IMG/VR virus record: IMGVR_UViG_3300023292_000006
Length of the DNA stretch: 20,000 nucleotides
Reading direction: 5' to 3' (one strand)
Source of the DNA: an uncultured virus (IMG/VR IMGVR_UViG_3300023292_000006)
Lineage: Duplodnaviria > Heunggongvirae > Uroviricota > Caudoviricetes
This document shows positions 1 to 8,293 of this stretch, piece after piece. The translations under genes were made by a program, and so were the position numbers. Within the stretch, counting starts at the first letter, position 1. The number at the start of each line of letters is the position of its first letter. The notes under the pieces are model-generated. The model saw only the letters and a program-made list of their open reading frames with translations, ran no database searches and was not told where the DNA came from.

Positions 1-14
1 GATGTCTTGCTTAT

Positions 15-413
15 TCATGCATCATTCTTGAATTTCTCTATAACATAATCCAATACCAATCTACTAGCAATCTCATAAGCCGATCTATGCTCTCTTGCAC
101 TAATATGTATGTCACCCATCCTATCAGCAACTAATAGATGTTCCTCTGTTACTCGTAGGTTAGCGATAGCATTCTTTAACTCCGCGGTTGAGTTAAATCC
201 CACAATCCTACCACAATCCTTTTCTTTCATGAAAGCTATAAGTAATTTCTTGTTGCTGGGTGATGGAATACTTCTCCCACATTCCCATCTACTGATCGTC
301 TTCTTACTCACCTTCAAATGTCTGCCCAAATCTATTTGAGTTATTCCGTTAGCGCTTCTGAATATTACTAAATCTAAACCGTTAATTGACATCTCTGACT
401 CCCATTTATCCAT
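15..413 (-). CDS. Xre/Cro-C1 family helix-turn-helix transcriptional regulator
   Basis: LVIFRSANGITQIDLGRHLKVSKKTISRWECGRSIP matches the HTH_3 pattern; the start may be the second Met. Confidence 0.85.
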   Translation of the reverse strand: MDKWESEMSINGLDLVIFRSANGITQIDLGRHLKVSKKTISRWECGRSIPSPSNKKLLIAFMKEKDCGRIVGFNSTAELKNAIANLRVTEEHLLVADRMGDIHISAREHRSAYEIASRLVLDYVIEKFKNDA

Positions 414-636
414 TTTTAACTTTTCCGTTATTAAAGAATGGTAATTTCTCCATCTCTATATCATCATACACTAATTTGGCAGAGCACATGGTTCCTGGTC
501 TAAGAACTAATCCTCTACCATGCTCTTCTTTTAAGATTAGTAAGGCTTCTTTACTGGTCTTTTTCTTATTTGTCCCTACACATATTGCTTCTAGACCCCT
601 CGGCCATATCATTGATGCTAACCATAAATGTTTCAT
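406..636 (-). CDS. hypothetical protein
   Basis: 76 aa ORF fitted tightly between co-oriented neighbours. Confidence 0.55.
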   Translation of the reverse strand: MKHLWLASMIWPRGLEAICVGTNKKKTSKEALLILKEEHGRGLVLRPGTMCSAKLVYDDIEMEKLPFFNNGKVKNG

Positions 637-637
637 A

Positions 638-865
638 TTAATAATCCTTCGGTGTCGTTACTATACTCTCAGTATGCCCAACTTTTACTTGGCATGATGC
701 ACATATATTAATGTGTCCATTTGAGTCAGCATACCCTGATAAACCAAATATCTTCTCTGCATCTATTGTATACATACCAGACTTGGGTCGATATAGTTTA
801 CATCTAGTACATTGAAACTTATCTGGGTCTAACATATCTATGAATCGTTGCTTATCCATCTCCAC
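638..865 (-). CDS. DPD-motif zinc-finger family protein
   Basis: RFIDMLDPDKFQCTRC...ICASC; GAGGTGGAG at the start region. Confidence 0.8.
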   Translation of the reverse strand: MEMDKQRFIDMLDPDKFQCTRCKLYRPKSGMYTIDAEKIFGLSGYADSNGHINICASCQVKVGHTESIVTTPKDY

Positions 866-1034
866 CTCTATACGACATATCCAACCTCATCTTTGCCTTT
901 TGGTCATCCTTACATACAACACACGTATGTCTATCATATACATAAAATTCATGTTTAATAGATTTGAATAGTTTACATCTTTTACATCTAGTCTTGGTTG
1001 GGTCCAACTCATCTATTAGATCTTGTTGATCCAC
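852..1034 (-). CDS. DPD-motif zinc-finger family protein
   Basis: DLIDELDPTKTRCKRC...CVVCKD; GTG start at 1034 preceded by GGAGGT (the ORF track starts at 1091). Confidence 0.8.
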   Translation of the reverse strand: MDQQDLIDELDPTKTRCKRCKLFKSIKHEFYVYDRHTCVVCKDDQKAKMRLDMSYRGGDG

Positions 1035-1077
1035 ATTTAAACCTCCTTTTAGTTTAAGAAACTCCCTTTTGAGTTTC

Positions 1078-1218
1078 TTAGTTGTTATCAACCAATTCTA
1101 CATGGACCCTCAACCTCTTTCCATCTAATTCTTCACTCACTATTTCATCACAAACAAATTCACATGTATTCCCATCTATAATTGTTATACCATCTTCAAC
1201 CTGTCCATAATCCTGCAT
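1078..1218 (-). CDS. small hypothetical protein (46 aa, not in ORF track)
   Basis: Manual translation MQDYGQVEDGITIIDGNTCEFVCDEIVSEELDGKRLRVHVELVDNN; fills the gap between neighbours; GAAGG upstream. Confidence 0.5.
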   Translation of the reverse strand: MQDYGQVEDGITIIDGNTCEFVCDEIVSEELDGKRLRVHVELVDNN

Positions 1219-1387
1219 TCTTTAACCTTCGATGTTCTTCTAAACATTCAGGGGCCAATTTTGGTATACATATTGTGGACACCACAGATCTTTGATAAAT
1301 AGTATCCTTAGAGTCCATATATCTTAAACATATATCACACTTGATCTTGTCAGGATCCAGTTCACCAATTATCTGGTTTGTGTCCAC
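1196..1387 (-). CDS. DPD-motif zinc-finger family protein
   Basis: NQIIGELDPDKIKCDIC...ICIPKLAPEC. Confidence 0.8.
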   Translation of the reverse strand: MDTNQIIGELDPDKIKCDICLRYMDSKDTIYQRSVVSTICIPKLAPECLEEHRRLKNAGLWTG

Positions 1388-1544
1388 TTTGTACCTTCTC
1401 TCGTTCTATGCCCAGGCATTCGGAACATACTGGTAGTTTACCAAATAGACTCAACTTTAACTCATCTATTGGGTAATACTTGAAACAGTATCTGCATTCT
1501 ACCATGTCAGGATCTAACTCATTTATTATCTTTTGTTTGTCCAT
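1362..1544 (-). CDS. DPD-motif zinc-finger family protein
   Basis: MDKQKIINELDPDMVECRYC...VCSEC; likely start ATG 1544, just after the stop of the upstream copy (track start 1571). Confidence 0.8.
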   Translation of the reverse strand: MDKQKIINELDPDMVECRYCFKYYPIDELKLSLFGKLPVCSECLGIEREKVQSGHKPDNW

Positions 1545-1546
1545 TG

Positions 1547-1717
1547 TTACACCGTATATGTGTTGAGGCATTTATCACATTGTGTACAGACTATCATCTC
1601 ACCAAGATATGTAGATGTTAGCTCATTTTTTGGAAAATACTTATGACAGTCTGTACACTTATCTTTATCTGGGTCTATCTCATCTATTCACCTTTTCTCA
1701 TTTATTGGTTCACCCAT
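1547..1717 (-). pseudogene. DPD-motif zinc-finger family copy interrupted by an in-frame TGA
   Basis: MGEPINEKR*IDEIDPDKDKCTDCHKYFPKNELTSTYLGEMIVCTQCDKCLNTYTV*; internal TGA at 1688-1690. Confidence 0.65.
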
Positions 1718-1737
1718 TGGGATTTATGAATAATTAT

Positions 1738-2034
1738 CTACTCATCCACATCATCCAATTGGATAGTTGGGAGAAGACGATTGTTGAAGTATCGACAGAT
1801 CCTATCAAGCATATACAGAGATACACCATTATTAGCTATTGCCCTATCCACCAGTTCACCCAAGAATTGTGATGAGTTATTCTTTGGTATCTCATGAAGA
1901 ACTTCTTCTATAGCTATCCAGTCTTCTGTATCCTGATGAGGATCCAGATCAAGAAGAGTTTCTATTTCATTGACATAATTCATAATATCTATGAGATGTT
2001 TTGCTCTCGTTTGGGGGTTTCGTATTACTGGCAT
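1738..2034 (-). CDS. hypothetical protein
   Basis: 98 aa; AAGGAG SD upstream of ATG 2034; overlaps the upstream gene's stop. Confidence 0.7.
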   Translation of the reverse strand: MPVIRNPQTRAKHLIDIMNYVNEIETLLDLDPHQDTEDWIAIEEVLHEIPKNNSSQFLGELVDRAIANNGVSLYMLDRICRYFNNRLLPTIQLDDVDE

Positions 2035-2243
2035 GATTTAACTCCTTCGGATTTTCGTATTGAATTTTTACTATTTATCATTGCTTCTCGCATTATCGAC
2101 TCATAAAAATACTCACCACATTGTCCGCATAGTTTCATCCCTTCACTCATACAATTAGATTCATCACTAGTAAATGAACCACCACAATCCTCACATTTAT
2201 GTATTGTCGGATCCAACTTTTTGATGATGTCTTCTGCTGTCAT
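2025..2243 (-). CDS. DPD-motif zinc-finger family protein
   Basis: AEDIIKKLDPTIHKCEDC...LCGQC. Confidence 0.8.
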   Translation of the reverse strand: MTAEDIIKKLDPTIHKCEDCGGSFTSDESNCMSEGMKLCGQCGEYFYESIMREAMINSKNSIRKSEGVKSCQ

Positions 2244-2472
2244 ACTCTTTCCATATACTATTGACTTCTACCCCCGCATCTATAACATAGTCAGTACCAA
2301 GTACATCAACATTTTTGGTTATGAATTTTTTAACTCTACCTACAGAATTTTGGATGAGTTCGTCTTGTTCCCCATATTCACTCATGGACTTAACAAGATC
2401 TATCATCTTAGCTATATGATTCTTCGCTTTCTTTAGGTGGTCGTTTTGTTTTGATTTTTTCATGTATTTCAT
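2197..2472 (-). CDS. hypothetical protein
   Basis: 91 aa ORF in the co-oriented chain; helical and charged. Confidence 0.55.
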   Translation of the reverse strand: MKYMKKSKQNDHLKKAKNHIAKMIDLVKSMSEYGEQDELIQNSVGRVKKFITKNVDVLGTDYVIDAGVEVNSIWKEYDSRRHHQKVGSDNT

Positions 2473-2623
2473 TTCCGCAGTTGAAGCATTCTAAATATAT
2501 TATTCCATCACCATGTTGCTCATACATTAATGAATTACATTTCTTACATTTGGTTGATGATTCTACAGGTTCACACCCATCACAACCCACTCTACCACAG
2601 TTAACACAATATTCTCTACTCAT
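2408..2623 (-). CDS. small Cys-rich zinc-ribbon protein (no DPD motif)
   Basis: CVNC, CDGC, CKKC and CFNC pairs; ATGA coupling with the upstream ORF. Confidence 0.7.
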   Translation of the reverse strand: MSREYCVNCGRVGCDGCEPVESSTKCKKCNSLMYEQHGDGIIYLECFNCGNEIHEKIKTKRPPKESEESYS

Positions 2624-2787
2624 TGGTCACATTCCTTATTATCCGATTTGGATAATTTCGTAATTTGTTTAATTTCACGAGCACAAAATTGCATTACACG
2701 GTTCATGACAAATAGAATTATTACATGTATTACAATAAAGAACCCACGTCGGTCAACCACAAGCTCACTGGAATCATTATCCTGCAT
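2620..2787 (-). CDS. small hypothetical, possibly single-pass membrane protein (55 aa, not in ORF track)
   Basis: MQDNDSSELVVDRRGFFIVIHVIILFVMNRVMQF...; AAGGA SD; its TGA overlaps the ATG of the next gene. Confidence 0.55.
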   Translation of the reverse strand: MQDNDSSELVVDRRGFFIVIHVIILFVMNRVMQFCAREIKQITKLSKSDNKECDQ

Positions 2788-2806
2788 CAGATGTTCCTTG
2801 TTATAG

Positions 2807-3052
2807 TTAGACTATCAAATGTACTGGTTGTAAGAAACATTCTGGTGGTACATCCTGTACATTTATATCTATACTTTTGTTTTGGATTAACATCCTCACT
2901 GAATTTTCATCTGTTGATTTATCATCTTCTACTATGATATCATATGTATCCCCACACGCACCACAAGATATTCTCAACAATTGCTTATTCTTGTTAAGGA
3001 TTATCTCAATCGGTTCGCTGTAGAACTCTTTCTTAACATCTGGTTTATCCAT
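2807..3052 (-). CDS. hypothetical protein with a CxxC motif
   Basis: 81 aa; ISCGACG; GGAGGA SD. Confidence 0.65.
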   Translation of the reverse strand: MDKPDVKKEFYSEPIEIILNKNKQLLRISCGACGDTYDIIVEDDKSTDENSVRMLIQNKSIDINVQDVPPECFLQPVHLIV

Positions 3053-3431
3053 CTTTATCCTCCACTACTATTAATTCCAAATCCTTGAATGGGATTGTTT
3101 CCATATATCTATAGTATCCCCCACAATGAGGATCTTCTACCATTGATAAAGGATCTAATTTCATAGACTCCACTTTAAATGTGATGATATCTTCCATGTC
3201 CATGTCTGTTATTGTGCATGTGTTAAACTTAAATGAGTTAACCATAGTTAAGTTTACCTCACAGCACCTTACAAAAGAGACCGATTCACCTGCGCGGTCT
3301 GATAAATATATTCCTTCAGTTGACCACGCATACATCTTTATAAGAGAGTTTGTTATCAATCCCTTCTCTTTAATTGAAGGTAAAAACTTCCTTATCGTTG
3401 AATGATATAGTATAGCTGGTATAACCATCAT
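3045..3431 (-). CDS. ADP-ribosyltransferase-fold protein, similar to the NAD-binding domain of KptA/Tpt1 RNA 2'-phosphotransferase
   Basis: LYHST-x6-SIKEKGL ... GIYLS ... YRYMETIP follows the LYHGT / I..eGL / vyls / ..IP pattern of this fold. Confidence 0.65.
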   Translation of the reverse strand: MMVIPAILYHSTIRKFLPSIKEKGLITNSLIKMYAWSTEGIYLSDRAGESVSFVRCCEVNLTMVNSFKFNTCTITDMDMEDIITFKVESMKLDPLSMVEDPHCGGYYRYMETIPFKDLELIVVEDKDG

Positions 3432-3973
3432 GTTTCCTTTTCAATTAGGTCGTACACCTTATCAAGTTCTTCCTGTGTATGTACAACACCTCCTGAGTTT
3501 AGTTGTAGATACCATTCCATCACATCCTTACGAGTTTTGAGATTATTAACTTTAAACTCAAAGGATGCTTGTGATGATCTTAACAAACGTTTGGGATCAT
3601 CAAAGTCATCAAGTAAATTACCATTAAAGATAGGTAACTCGTTATGAATGAATTTCATAACTGCCTCAAGTCTTTGTTTCCCATCAACAAGTACCATCAA
3701 TCCTTTATATGATCCTTGCCATCCCGGATGGTTAAATAATAATGTTCTTGATGATTGCCCACCCTTTAAACAGAATTCAACAAATGCAATCTGTTTGTCT
3801 TCAGTCCAAACGTGACCTCTCTGAAAGTCTGGATTAAGATCTAATCCCAGATTTCCATCAATTTCATCACTTCGCCCATCCCACCTATCTAATGTACGTT
3901 CAAGGTGATTCCATCCAGAAGTGACACAATAATTCGGAGGTCTAAAAAATTTAGGTATATCAACTACTTTCAT
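3428..3973 (-). CDS. DUF262 (ParB/Srx-like, GmrS-type) domain protein
   Basis: LNPDFQRGHVW, LVDGKQRLEA and C-terminal YLQLNSGG motifs are typical of DUF262. Confidence 0.85.
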   Translation of the reverse strand: MKVVDIPKFFRPPNYCVTSGWNHLERTLDRWDGRSDEIDGNLGLDLNPDFQRGHVWTEDKQIAFVEFCLKGGQSSRTLLFNHPGWQGSYKGLMVLVDGKQRLEAVMKFIHNELPIFNGNLLDDFDDPKRLLRSSQASFEFKVNNLKTRKDVMEWYLQLNSGGVVHTQEELDKVYDLIEKET

Positions 3974-4719
3974 TTCATATTCCTTAAGATTTGTTTTACT
4001 TCACTTTTTAAATCTATTACGTCGTAACTCTTACTTTTCTTAAATCCTCCGTATGGATGAATATTGATTATTCTACATATTACCGGTATAGTTGGATCCA
4101 AGTAGCCTTCTCGTTTTAGTAAATTGGCATATATTAAAAGCTGCAATGAATAATGTACATGGTTGCAATTATCCAGGTGGGAAAGGATTCCGAATCCCTT
4201 AGAATGATATGGATCAAACATTTCTATTGTCTTACTTGTTTTCCAATCTATGATTATATACTGGTTATTAATCGAGTCATAGAAAACACAATCCACTGTA
4301 CCAGCTATCTTTAAATCAGGCGAGAATAAGACCTTCTCACTATAAATCAACTCGAGTGATTTCTTTTGAATGGCATTTAGTATATTTTCAATGCTGCGTT
4401 TATAATACTTATCTATTTTTGGCAAATTGGGTAGGTTGGTTAATCGGGCATGCATATAATCATGAACCCTAGACCCATTCTCCCCAGCATCATCACATAT
4501 CTTTTTCCATTTATCCAATAAGGATTGTTTAGTAACCCCACGTTTGATAGCACACTCGGTTGCCATTTCTTCTGTATTGAATTCAGGGAAATACTTTCCA
4601 TATAATGTAGTGACTGGTATATAATCACTATCTAGATTGTCAGTATATGTATGATCAACATCATTAAAATATAATGTGTTGTTACTAGTTGGGTGTTTGA
4701 TCATTATGATGGAAGCCAC
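3970..4719 (-). CDS. PD-(D/E)xK superfamily (RecB/Cas4-like) nuclease
   Basis: GSRVH, SE..L, IAGTVDC, IIIDWKT and YSLQLLIYA motifs. Confidence 0.85.
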   Translation of the reverse strand: MASIIMIKHPTSNNTLYFNDVDHTYTDNLDSDYIPVTTLYGKYFPEFNTEEMATECAIKRGVTKQSLLDKWKKICDDAGENGSRVHDYMHARLTNLPNLPKIDKYYKRSIENILNAIQKKSLELIYSEKVLFSPDLKIAGTVDCVFYDSINNQYIIIDWKTSKTIEMFDPYHSKGFGILSHLDNCNHVHYSLQLLIYANLLKREGYLDPTIPVICRIINIHPYGGFKKSKSYDVIDLKSEVKQILRNMK

Positions 4720-4747
4720 TAGAGAAGAATAAGACTCCTCTAGTGAC
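4715..4747 (-). promoter_or_regulatory. 13-bp RNA hairpin overlapping the GAGGAG element and the GTG start of the nuclease gene
   Basis: Minus strand GTCACTAGAGGAG-tcttatt-CTTCTCTAGTGGC (two G:U pairs). Confidence 0.55.
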
Positions 4748-4758
4748 CTTTATTCCAA

Positions 4759-5061
4759 TTATCCGTGGAACATCCCACAGTCAGGACACATCCCCTCAAT
4801 TTGTTCTCGTAGGGTCATATGTCGTATTTCAGACAGTATGTCTTCGATATTAATAGACGGTGGATCAACATGTCCAATAGTAGCTACAATTCTAGATGAA
4901 CATACTGGACATTCAAATAATATTCCAACTTCAGTCCCGCGTTCCACAAGCTCTCCATCGTCCTCAGTTAGTTCTATTGTGGATTTACAATGTGAGCACC
5001 TAACTTTGTATTTCTTCAACTCTTGTGGCGGTTCTTTTCGGTCTAGTACTTTGATAGCCAT
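4759..5061 (-). CDS. zinc-ribbon protein
   Basis: CSHC, CPVC and CPDC pairs; GAGGA SD. Confidence 0.75.
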   Translation of the reverse strand: MAIKVLDRKEPPQELKKYKVRCSHCKSTIELTEDDGELVERGTEVGILFECPVCSSRIVATIGHVDPPSINIEDILSEIRHMTLREQIEGMCPDCGMFHG

Positions 5062-5227
5062 TTGGCATATCCTCTCTTTGTGTTACGGAATCAGTTATTG
5101 ATTCTAAATAGGTTTACTCATAACGATAACATTACTCATCCCATAAGTCATATCCTTCTAGTGTTATTTTTCGTATAAATTCTTTCTTGTAGTTTTGTGG
5201 TTGGTGGTTTATCTTTATATACCATAA

Positions 5228-5917
5228 TTAATCATCCCAATACATGAGCGGATTCTCCCACTCTGGTTTATTATCTTTCATCCATTGTTTAACAACTGTC
5301 TCATTCTCATCTGATTGCTTTATCCATAGTAGACGTGCTTTTTCATTTTCATCTGAACCTTTAACTCCAACACTCCTAACAATAATATCAGTTCGGAATA
5401 TATCCTTACCAGTAGCTGAATCAACAACACAATCAGCCTCAAATAAGTCATTGGGTCGTTTGATATCATAATTATATTCTTTGAGACCATGCCGATCCAT
5501 GTATAATTTACTATCCATATGATACCTGTTATGGATATTAGTAAACGCATCCCTATCATAGAACGCGGCTTTATAGAAGATGCTTAGGCGTTTACGGCCC
5601 TGATCATCAACAACATCAGACCACATATCATGATCAGTTGCTACTTTCTTCCATCCTTTTGGCATAGTTACATCACGAAACAATTCATCACCGACAGCTT
5701 TATCTCCCCACACGAAACCTAATGCTTCAAGAACTCTTTCACCATTTGGGTGATGATTGAACTTGATAGGGAGTTGATCACTATTTACCAAACTATTCTG
5801 ACCTCTAGACTCTTGGTCAGTAATGGATTTACTTGGATCAACGGGAAATCCCGCTAGTGCCATTCTCATATCCATCAGTATAGGTGCATCGCCTTCATTC
5901 AATACTCGTTGTGTCAT
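5228..5917 (-). CDS. hypothetical phage-type protein
   Basis: 229 aa with GAGGA SD; PKGWKK..TDH.MWS...D.QGR.R..IFYKAAFYDR segment resembles conserved phage hypotheticals (recollection, not searched). Confidence 0.8.
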   Translation of the reverse strand: MTQRVLNEGDAPILMDMRMALAGFPVDPSKSITDQESRGQNSLVNSDQLPIKFNHHPNGERVLEALGFVWGDKAVGDELFRDVTMPKGWKKVATDHDMWSDVVDDQGRKRLSIFYKAAFYDRDAFTNIHNRYHMDSKLYMDRHGLKEYNYDIKRPNDLFEADCVVDSATGKDIFRTDIIVRSVGVKGSDENEKARLLWIKQSDENETVVKQWMKDNKPEWENPLMYWDD

Positions 5918-5933
5918 TTATTCCTCGTTCGGT

Positions 5934-6125
5934 TTATAACATTTCCTGATCTTTGGATAACATATCATCTATACATTTTGGGCATACATGAACCATGCCG
6001 CCTCCACCATTTTTTAATGATACATGAACAAGTTTGGCTTCTTCTATATCAAAATACTTCTTACATAGAAAACATGGGTGTTGATCCGGATCTAGCTCTG
6101 CTATAATAATATCTAGTTTATTCAT
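5934..6125 (-). CDS. DPD-motif zinc-finger family protein
   Basis: DIIIAELDPDQHPCFLC...VCPKC. Confidence 0.8.
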   Translation of the reverse strand: MNKLDIIIAELDPDQHPCFLCKKYFDIEEAKLVHVSLKNGGGGMVHVCPKCIDDMLSKDQEML

Positions 6126-6648
6126 CCATAACTTCTAAGTGATACCCACTGGTTGCACGTATTTGATAACCATCATCAAATTCAACACTAACATAAGAAA
6201 AATCCTTATGATCATCACCTCTGACATTAATACATGAGACTGTAGCTATCTTATTCTCATGAGACATGAGTTCATCAAATTCTTCTTGTGACAACCCCCA
6301 ATCATCAGCATTACATATATCTATATTGGTAAATTTTACCCTCTGCCCCTTTATTAAGTTATGGCTGTGTTGGTTCTTTAAGATGGTATTTGCGTATCGT
6401 GTTATGATATCTATACCATATTCGCTAGATTTACAATCTGGATAGTGACCCCATATTTCCATTCCGAAATGAGGATGTGGCCCATCTATCTCTGCATGAC
6501 CAAGAATTCTTATCCTATCTGATGATAACATAGCATCCCACAAATCTGCCTTGACTTTGAGTTTTGCATTCACTTGCTCAAGTAGCACATACCTTTTCAG
6601 TAACTCAGTATGGGATGCGATATCCTTTAATTCTTCATCTAAGCTCAT
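6118..6648 (-). CDS. hypothetical protein, possibly with a C-terminal SH3-like barrel
   Basis: 176 aa; AAGGA SD; C-terminal KGQRVKF...IATV...VSVEFDDG. Confidence 0.75.
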   Translation of the reverse strand: MSLDEELKDIASHTELLKRYVLLEQVNAKLKVKADLWDAMLSSDRIRILGHAEIDGPHPHFGMEIWGHYPDCKSSEYGIDIITRYANTILKNQHSHNLIKGQRVKFTNIDICNADDWGLSQEEFDELMSHENKIATVSCINVRGDDHKDFSYVSVEFDDGYQIRATSGYHLEVMDE

Positions 6649-6800
6649 CGTGTTTCCTTCGGTTTAGTTTTGGGAAAGAATTGTTTGGCAAATGGATTGC
6701 ATAGTAATTTACAAACCATCCTTCTCTTATGGTAATCCCACAGGTACAAAGATCTTTTCTCATTATCTGGATCAAACCCATAATGTAGTTTGAATCTCAT
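6645..6800 (-). CDS. small hypothetical protein (51 aa, not in ORF track)
   Basis: MRFKLHYGFDPDNEKRSLYLWDYHKRRMVCKLLCNPFAKQFFPKTKPKETR; ATGA-coupled at both ends. Confidence 0.65.
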   Translation of the reverse strand: MRFKLHYGFDPDNEKRSLYLWDYHKRRMVCKLLCNPFAKQFFPKTKPKETR

Positions 6801-7183
6801 TTCATTAATCTCTCTGCAAATTTGGTCTGTATATCTCTGGCCATTTGACCCATAAGTTCAAGAGATTCAATATTGAATCCGGTTATATGAATATACCCAG
6901 TTTCAGCAAATGGATCTCTTAAATGGAATTTGACAGCTGCAATATATCTTTTACCGTCTTCTGGTTGATCCCAATTGATCCCGCAGTCAGGAAAGAATAT
7001 TCCATGAGTAGAATTTACTGATGTTCTATTTGTAGTTATATGAATTCCTGACTTGGTTTTATATGGAAGTAACTGTTGGAAGAACTTTTCAAAATGATAG
7101 TTGTATGCATCATATTGTCTTCTAGTCATATTGGTAAAATCCCATCCAGTAACTTCATCCTTTTTTATATCACATACACTCAT
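6797..7183 (-). CDS. hypothetical protein
   Basis: 128 aa; AAGGA upstream; overlaps both neighbours. Confidence 0.7.
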   Translation of the reverse strand: MSVCDIKKDEVTGWDFTNMTRRQYDAYNYHFEKFFQQLLPYKTKSGIHITTNRTSVNSTHGIFFPDCGINWDQPEDGKRYIAAVKFHLRDPFAETGYIHITGFNIESLELMGQMARDIQTKFAERLMK

Positions 7184-7400
7184 TTCTTTTGATCCTTCTA
7201 TTTACTATGGGATTTTTATCTTTCTTATTCCAACTCTGTTTAAATTTTATACATTGACTACAAATTGGCCTACCATGAGCACCAGGTAATTCATAATCCT
7301 CATAGATATCTTCTCCATCTATATGGTAATATTTCTTACATTCATGACATTGTATTTGATCTGGATCTAATACGTTAATTATTTCTTGTACAGCTGTCAT
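7170..7400 (-). CDS. DPD-motif zinc-finger family protein
   Basis: MTAVQEIINVLDPDQIQCHEC...ICSQC; likely start 7400 with GGAG upstream (track start 7427). Confidence 0.8.
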   Translation of the reverse strand: MTAVQEIINVLDPDQIQCHECKKYYHIDGEDIYEDYELPGAHGRPICSQCIKFKQSWNKKDKNPIVNRRIKRNECM

Positions 7401-7572
7401 ATATACATGTCTCCACTTTGGAATCAACTGAAAAATTGATAATAGTCACATCCCTCATGCCATAGTATTTCTTACATATACTACATAATCTTTTACCATC
7501 ATTTCTGACTTCATCAATTATTGTATTGATTTGATCCTGTTTGAAGTCATGGATCACCACGATCCACCCCAC
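7375..7572 (-). CDS. divergent member of the zinc-finger family (DP motif degenerate)
   Basis: NTIIDEVRNDGKRLCSICKKYY...TCIYDSC. Confidence 0.65.
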   Translation of the reverse strand: MGWIVVIHDFKQDQINTIIDEVRNDGKRLCSICKKYYGMRDVTIINFSVDSKVETCIYDSCTRNN

Positions 7573-7757
7573 AAACGTGGCCGCATTGCTCCAACATCTT
7601 TTCTAAAGTATTCATTACATTTACCTTTCTTACAAATAGAAAATTTAGTTTCTTTAACCGTGTAATGATACATCTTATCTTTATGTTTATGTCTACAACA
7701 TTCCCAACACTGTGTTTGGTCTGGGTCTAGTTTAGATATTAGTTTTTCTGCATTCAT
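7554..7757 (-). CDS. DPD-motif zinc-finger family protein
   Basis: EKLISKLDPDQTQCWEC...ICKKGKC. Confidence 0.8.
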   Translation of the reverse strand: MNAEKLISKLDPDQTQCWECCRHKHKDKMYHYTVKETKFSICKKGKCNEYFRKDVGAMRPRLWGGSW

Positions 7758-7804
7758 AATAAGGGTGGAGCCAGAGCTCTTTGTGAGTTAGCTCCCTTCT
7801 AATC

Positions 7805-8293
7805 TTATATGATTGGGTTACATGGTGGGTGACCAGCAGGGCTTGGATTTTTCTTCATGCTTGCTTTCGTCTGGCCAACTGTCAACCGTGGCACCTTTCG
7901 CCCTGATAGTCTACGAACATCGAAGTCATAGGGTTCTATTAGTTCACCAGTCTTTTTAAGAGTTCCCTTTGGTTGGAGGAGTGCATGTATACAACCGTTG
8001 ATGTGTAGAGTAATTGCTATCACGGTTCCTTTGAATCCACTTGCTTTATCTGTAGCAACAGTTCCCATCATCTCTAATGGTAGCTTAGTATCAGCTCTCT
8101 TCCCATGGATTACTCGCTCAGCAGTAATCCATATTGATTTAGTGGGATGTCCAGTTTCAGGGTTGAGACCCTTTGGCTGGAACAAGTAATGCTTAGTATC
8201 CTCCGTTATTTGGAAATGGGTCAGCATTCCTTCTGATCCACTTGCTTTATCTTGTACCTTTGTATTAAGTTCTATTAGGTTTAGTGTTTTCAT
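7805..8293 (-). CDS. hypothetical protein with an internally duplicated domain
   Basis: Two repeats V.DKASG..G...QPKG; 17-bp exact DNA repeat at 8035-8051 and 8236-8252; AAGGA SD. Confidence 0.8.
   Translation of the reverse strand: MKTLNLIELNTKVQDKASGSEGMLTHFQITEDTKHYLFQPKGLNPETGHPTKSIWITAERVIHGKRADTKLPLEMMGTVATDKASGFKGTVIAITLHINGCIHALLQPKGTLKKTGELIEPYDFDVRRLSGRKVPRLTVGQTKASMKKNPSPAGHPPCNPII

Noticed and set aside
2665..2750. Cys-rich alternate frame CNTCNNSICHEPC
   Set aside because: It is bounded closely by stops with no usable start; the overlapping 55-aa ORF has an SD and ATGA coupling.
3970..4719. Cas4 / CRISPR-Cas system
   Set aside because: The nuclease lacks the Cas4 C-terminal Fe-S Cys cluster, and there is no repeat-spacer array or other cas gene.
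5102..5227. Tiny ORFs (25 aa and 15 aa) in the gap
   Set aside because: Too short and motif-free to support.
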